Positions 49,414-64,000 of a stretch of 64,000 nucleotides of DNA are shown here, piece after piece. This DNA is from Antedon mediterranea (lineage: Eukaryota > Animalia > Echinodermata). The translations under genes were made by a program, and so were the position numbers. The stretch spans positions 11,098,001 through 11,162,000 of the forward strand of contig NC_092672.1 of NCBI RefSeq assembly GCF_964355755.1. The letters are read 5' to 3'. A model generated the notes under the pieces. That model ran no database searches. It worked only from the letters and a program-made list of their open reading frames with translations, and was not told the DNA's origin. Position 1 is the first letter of the stretch, and every line of letters starts with the position of its first letter.

Positions 49414-50044
49414 AGTTGTGATAACATAAATGATAACGTTAATAACGTTGTATAAAGATTAATATAGATTTCTTGTGTATTCTGCTATATAATTTTTGTT
49501 TAAATAAATGAACAAGAAGATTGTGAATCTCTGATCTGTCATCGGCGCCTACGCATCAGACACATAATCTTTAAGCTGAAGCGTTCCCTCCATATTATAT
49601 GCAATCTTGATTAAGTAAACAATCTATACTTACTGTATACTAGGATATTATGTATCGTAAATCAATTAACGAAGAGATATTTTAAGACACATGAAATAAC
49701 AGATTAGAATTAACAATTTGCATGAGATTAATAACACAATTCATATAAGATGCTTTTGTTGATGACAGTGAACAAATTGTTGTCAAATCAGATTTGAAAA
49801 TAAAGTCTCCTTTGCATAATTGGTTATCCGTAACAAAGGTATGAATAACTCTTGTGATTTTCAAGTCTCTTTGTTCAACAGATCAGGTTCTAGTAATTCT
49901 TCATCTTCCTTTTTGTGTTGAACGTTTCTCTAACGCATTTCGTAACTGATGTACCCAAATATGGTAGTGATACGACATCATTATGTCCATATATGGGCAC
50001 ATTACATGTCACATAAAGTTTGATAGTGTAGACAGTACTTTACA

Positions 50045-50625
50045 CGGGACATGTTTCTTGGTACGAGTTTCATGGGACATGTTTCTTAAACATGTTTATC
50101 TATACATGTTTCTTAAAACATGTTTATCTATACATGTTTCTTGATATGAGTTTCTTTGGACAAGTTTATCTATACATGTTTCTTGGTACGAGTTTCTTGC
50201 GACATGTTTCTTAAAACATGTTTATCTATACATGTTTCTTGGTACGAGTTTCATGGGACATGTTTCATGGGACATGTTTCTTAAACATGTTTATCTATAC
50301 ATGTTTCTTAAAACTTGTTTATCTATACATGTTTCTTGATATGAGTTTCTTTGGACAAGTTTATCTATACATGTTTCTTGGTACGAGTTTCTTGCGACAT
50401 GTTTCTTAAAACATGTTTATCTATACATGTTTCTTGGTATGAGTTTCTCTGGACATGTTTCTCTGGACATGTTTATCTATACATGTTTCTTGCGACATGT
50501 TTCTTAAAACATGTTTCTTAAAACATGTTTATATATACATGTTTCTGGGTATGAGTTTCTCTGGAAATGTTTATCTATACATGTTTCTTGGTACAAGTTT
50601 TACGGGACATTCAAACATGTTTCTC
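50045..50625. repeat. acatgttt-based composite minisatellite
   Basis: Directly visible repeated acatgtttct / acatgtttatctat units. Confidence 0.9.
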
Positions 50626-50780
50626 AATACATATTCACGATATAATATGTATTTTGATAAAATCTACTTGTGTTTGATACATGCTATTACTACTACATAA
50701 ATAATCATGATGCATGTAGTATTATTCATACAAAATTAATTATTTTGAATATCTGAATTCGAATAAACGTCTCTGATTTA

Positions 50781-50895
50781 AGGGAGGGGGGGGGGGGGAA
50801 ACGGGTAGAGAGAGAGCAGGGGGGTGGCGAGAGGGGGAGAGAAAGGGGGGGGGGTGGCGGGTGGCGAGAGAGAGAGAGGTGTGGGGGAGGGGGGT
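50781..50895 (+). repeat. G-rich polypurine tract (G-quadruplex / H-DNA prone)
   Basis: Multiple runs of 3 or more G (up to about 14) mixed with (GA)n. Confidence 0.8.
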
Positions 50896-52553
50896 TGAAC
50901 TGGGTATCGTTTGTTCTAATAAATACGATAGGTAAATGATAGTACATTACGTACATATTCAATTTAGATTGGAATGAATATTTTTATTTTCATTTAATAT
51001 CGCATGGTTTTATCTAATATACGTTGTTTATTATTTTACTGTTTTACTTTTTTACCGATTAACAATACTGTATTATATAATGAAAAAATATCGAATATCT
51101 ACCATTATGTTATAGCATTAAACAATGATAATGATCATTTTTAAAAAGCAAACATTTTCAGCGATTAAACAGACAAATGCTTTATATAATTAGATTGCTA
51201 CAATTTGGCCAACAGCCTTACTAGTAATATAAATGAACTATTTTATTTAACATAATATTATTTAGTTAGCAAAATAGGGTGGGACGTTTAGGAATTAGGT
51301 TCCCCATGTATTTTAATTATAATACTAATAGTAAACCTTTTGAAGAAGAGCCTTAAAATGGCAATGTTTGGTAAATGCCAAAATGTATTAAAACATAAAC
51401 ATAACCATTTTACACAGTGCTTACATTAAATTAGACAACAAAGTATTTAACATGAGTGAAAGTTTGCTAGAAGATAGATATTTACTTCATTAATTCCAAG
51501 TAAAGTAAATAAATTATAAAGACAAAACAATTAAAAGCATCATTTATTTAAGTGTTTATTTATGTATGAGTTAAAAAAATTAACTTTAAAAAAAAGCAAA
51601 TTTTGTGTTGATGCAATGCAGCAAATTATGATGTACTAATAACTGGTACATACAATACAGCAATTTGTTTTGTGGCACTTTAAAGTTTTAAAAATGGTAA
51701 AATTTTCCAAATTAGTTTGCAACATAGTTTTTTACTTTTACTTTTTTTTCCGTATTTGGGGACCCCTTATGTGTAAGATAGCTGAACTACTTCCTAAATA
51801 TAACTAAACCTAACCCTCTAAATAATCTCTCTCACTATAAAGTAAAAAGATGTTGCTCATGGGATTCGAACCCCATACATCGACAAGTCCATAGTCTAAT
51901 CCATTCGATTAACCAGACGGCTCGACAGAAAGCGTTTGTATTAGTGGATTGTTGTTAGATCAATTCTTACGTCACACCATGGAGGTAGTCACACCTTATG
52001 GATATGACTAATGAATATTCATGTTTATTTTGTGACGTTTCATGATATTAAAAATTGCAGTCATCACTGAATATTTAATATTATTAGAGATGTCAGTGTA
52101 TAGAGGAGTTAACAACTGAAAAAAAACCAACTCAAAATATCTATAAATAGGAAGAAACTAAGCACCTAGTGATTAAAAAGAGATTTTTTATGAAACAGTC
52201 TGTAGAGTTCAATAACATGTTGAAATTTTAACTTGAATAAATTATTTATTTATCTACATCTATATTCTTTATGAGGCAACTGCATTTAACACTTGGAAAC
52301 ACTGCAAAACATTATGATGTAAACAATAAAAACGTTTAGACACCAGGAACAATCCATTTAAAAACAATCACCTTTAGTATGTTAATGTATTCGTACATAA
52401 TACATAATGCACACACAGTGTATAATTTAAGGGTAAACTATTACAGGTCTATAATCAGCGATATGATATTGTAAATCAAGTACTATATGCAATTTACTGT
52501 TAAGCGATCACAAATGGTTCCCTAAATAGAGAATCCAATGTTGTTTGACTTTT

Positions 52554-63817
<11,264 letters not shown>

Positions 63818-64000
63818 AGTGAATTGATAAATTCTTCCTTTTTTTAAAAAAAAGGTTAAAAATAAGCATTTTATTTTAAATTAAATATGTATGTTTGGTA
63901 TACAGTAGGAGTACTAAAATGTCATGAATGTTCTTAAGAGAGCCAGTCACTAAAAATCAAACATTAGGTGGCAAGGGTCAAAATTTCGAATTGGCTCATA

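Noticed and set aside
50726-50962. Proline-rich 78-aa ORF
   Set aside because: Simply the reverse complement of the G-rich tract.

Overview
AT-rich, intron-rich animal (invertebrate, plausibly echinoderm/deuterostome) genomic DNA, not prokaryotic. Three spliced genes can be built by hand. (1) The 3' part of a multi-SRCR (DMBT1-like) gene on + with seven one-domain phase-1 exons (700-11056) and a candidate tiny terminal exon (12044-12051). (2) An orphan type-I membrane protein gene on + (exons 29842-30715, 41581-41677, 43721-43793, 44886-46157; about 771 aa: signal peptide, Ser/Thr-rich ectodomain, one TM helix, long low-complexity tail). (3) A complete enolase CDS on - (13 exons, 63817-52554, 434 aa). 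The rest is mobile and repeated DNA: a degenerate AcademX DNA transposon with TAG..CTA ends and a TAC TSD (32319-36220), a Helitron nested in a hAT-like element (18349-20894 inside 18042-21766), LINE relics, Kolobok- and Harbinger-like MITEs, tRNA-derived SINE heads, a 5.5-kb 43-bp satellite and several minisatellites. Two hidden signals stand out. One is a roughly 190-bp dispersed retro-element carrying a minimal type-I hammerhead ribozyme core (three copies, one with a 13-bp TSD). The other is a strong excess of TAGGCCTA, which at three sites aligns as a 6-nt insertion at a TA, consistent with transposon excision scars. All coordinates were read by eye and family assignments rest on recalled motifs, not database searches.
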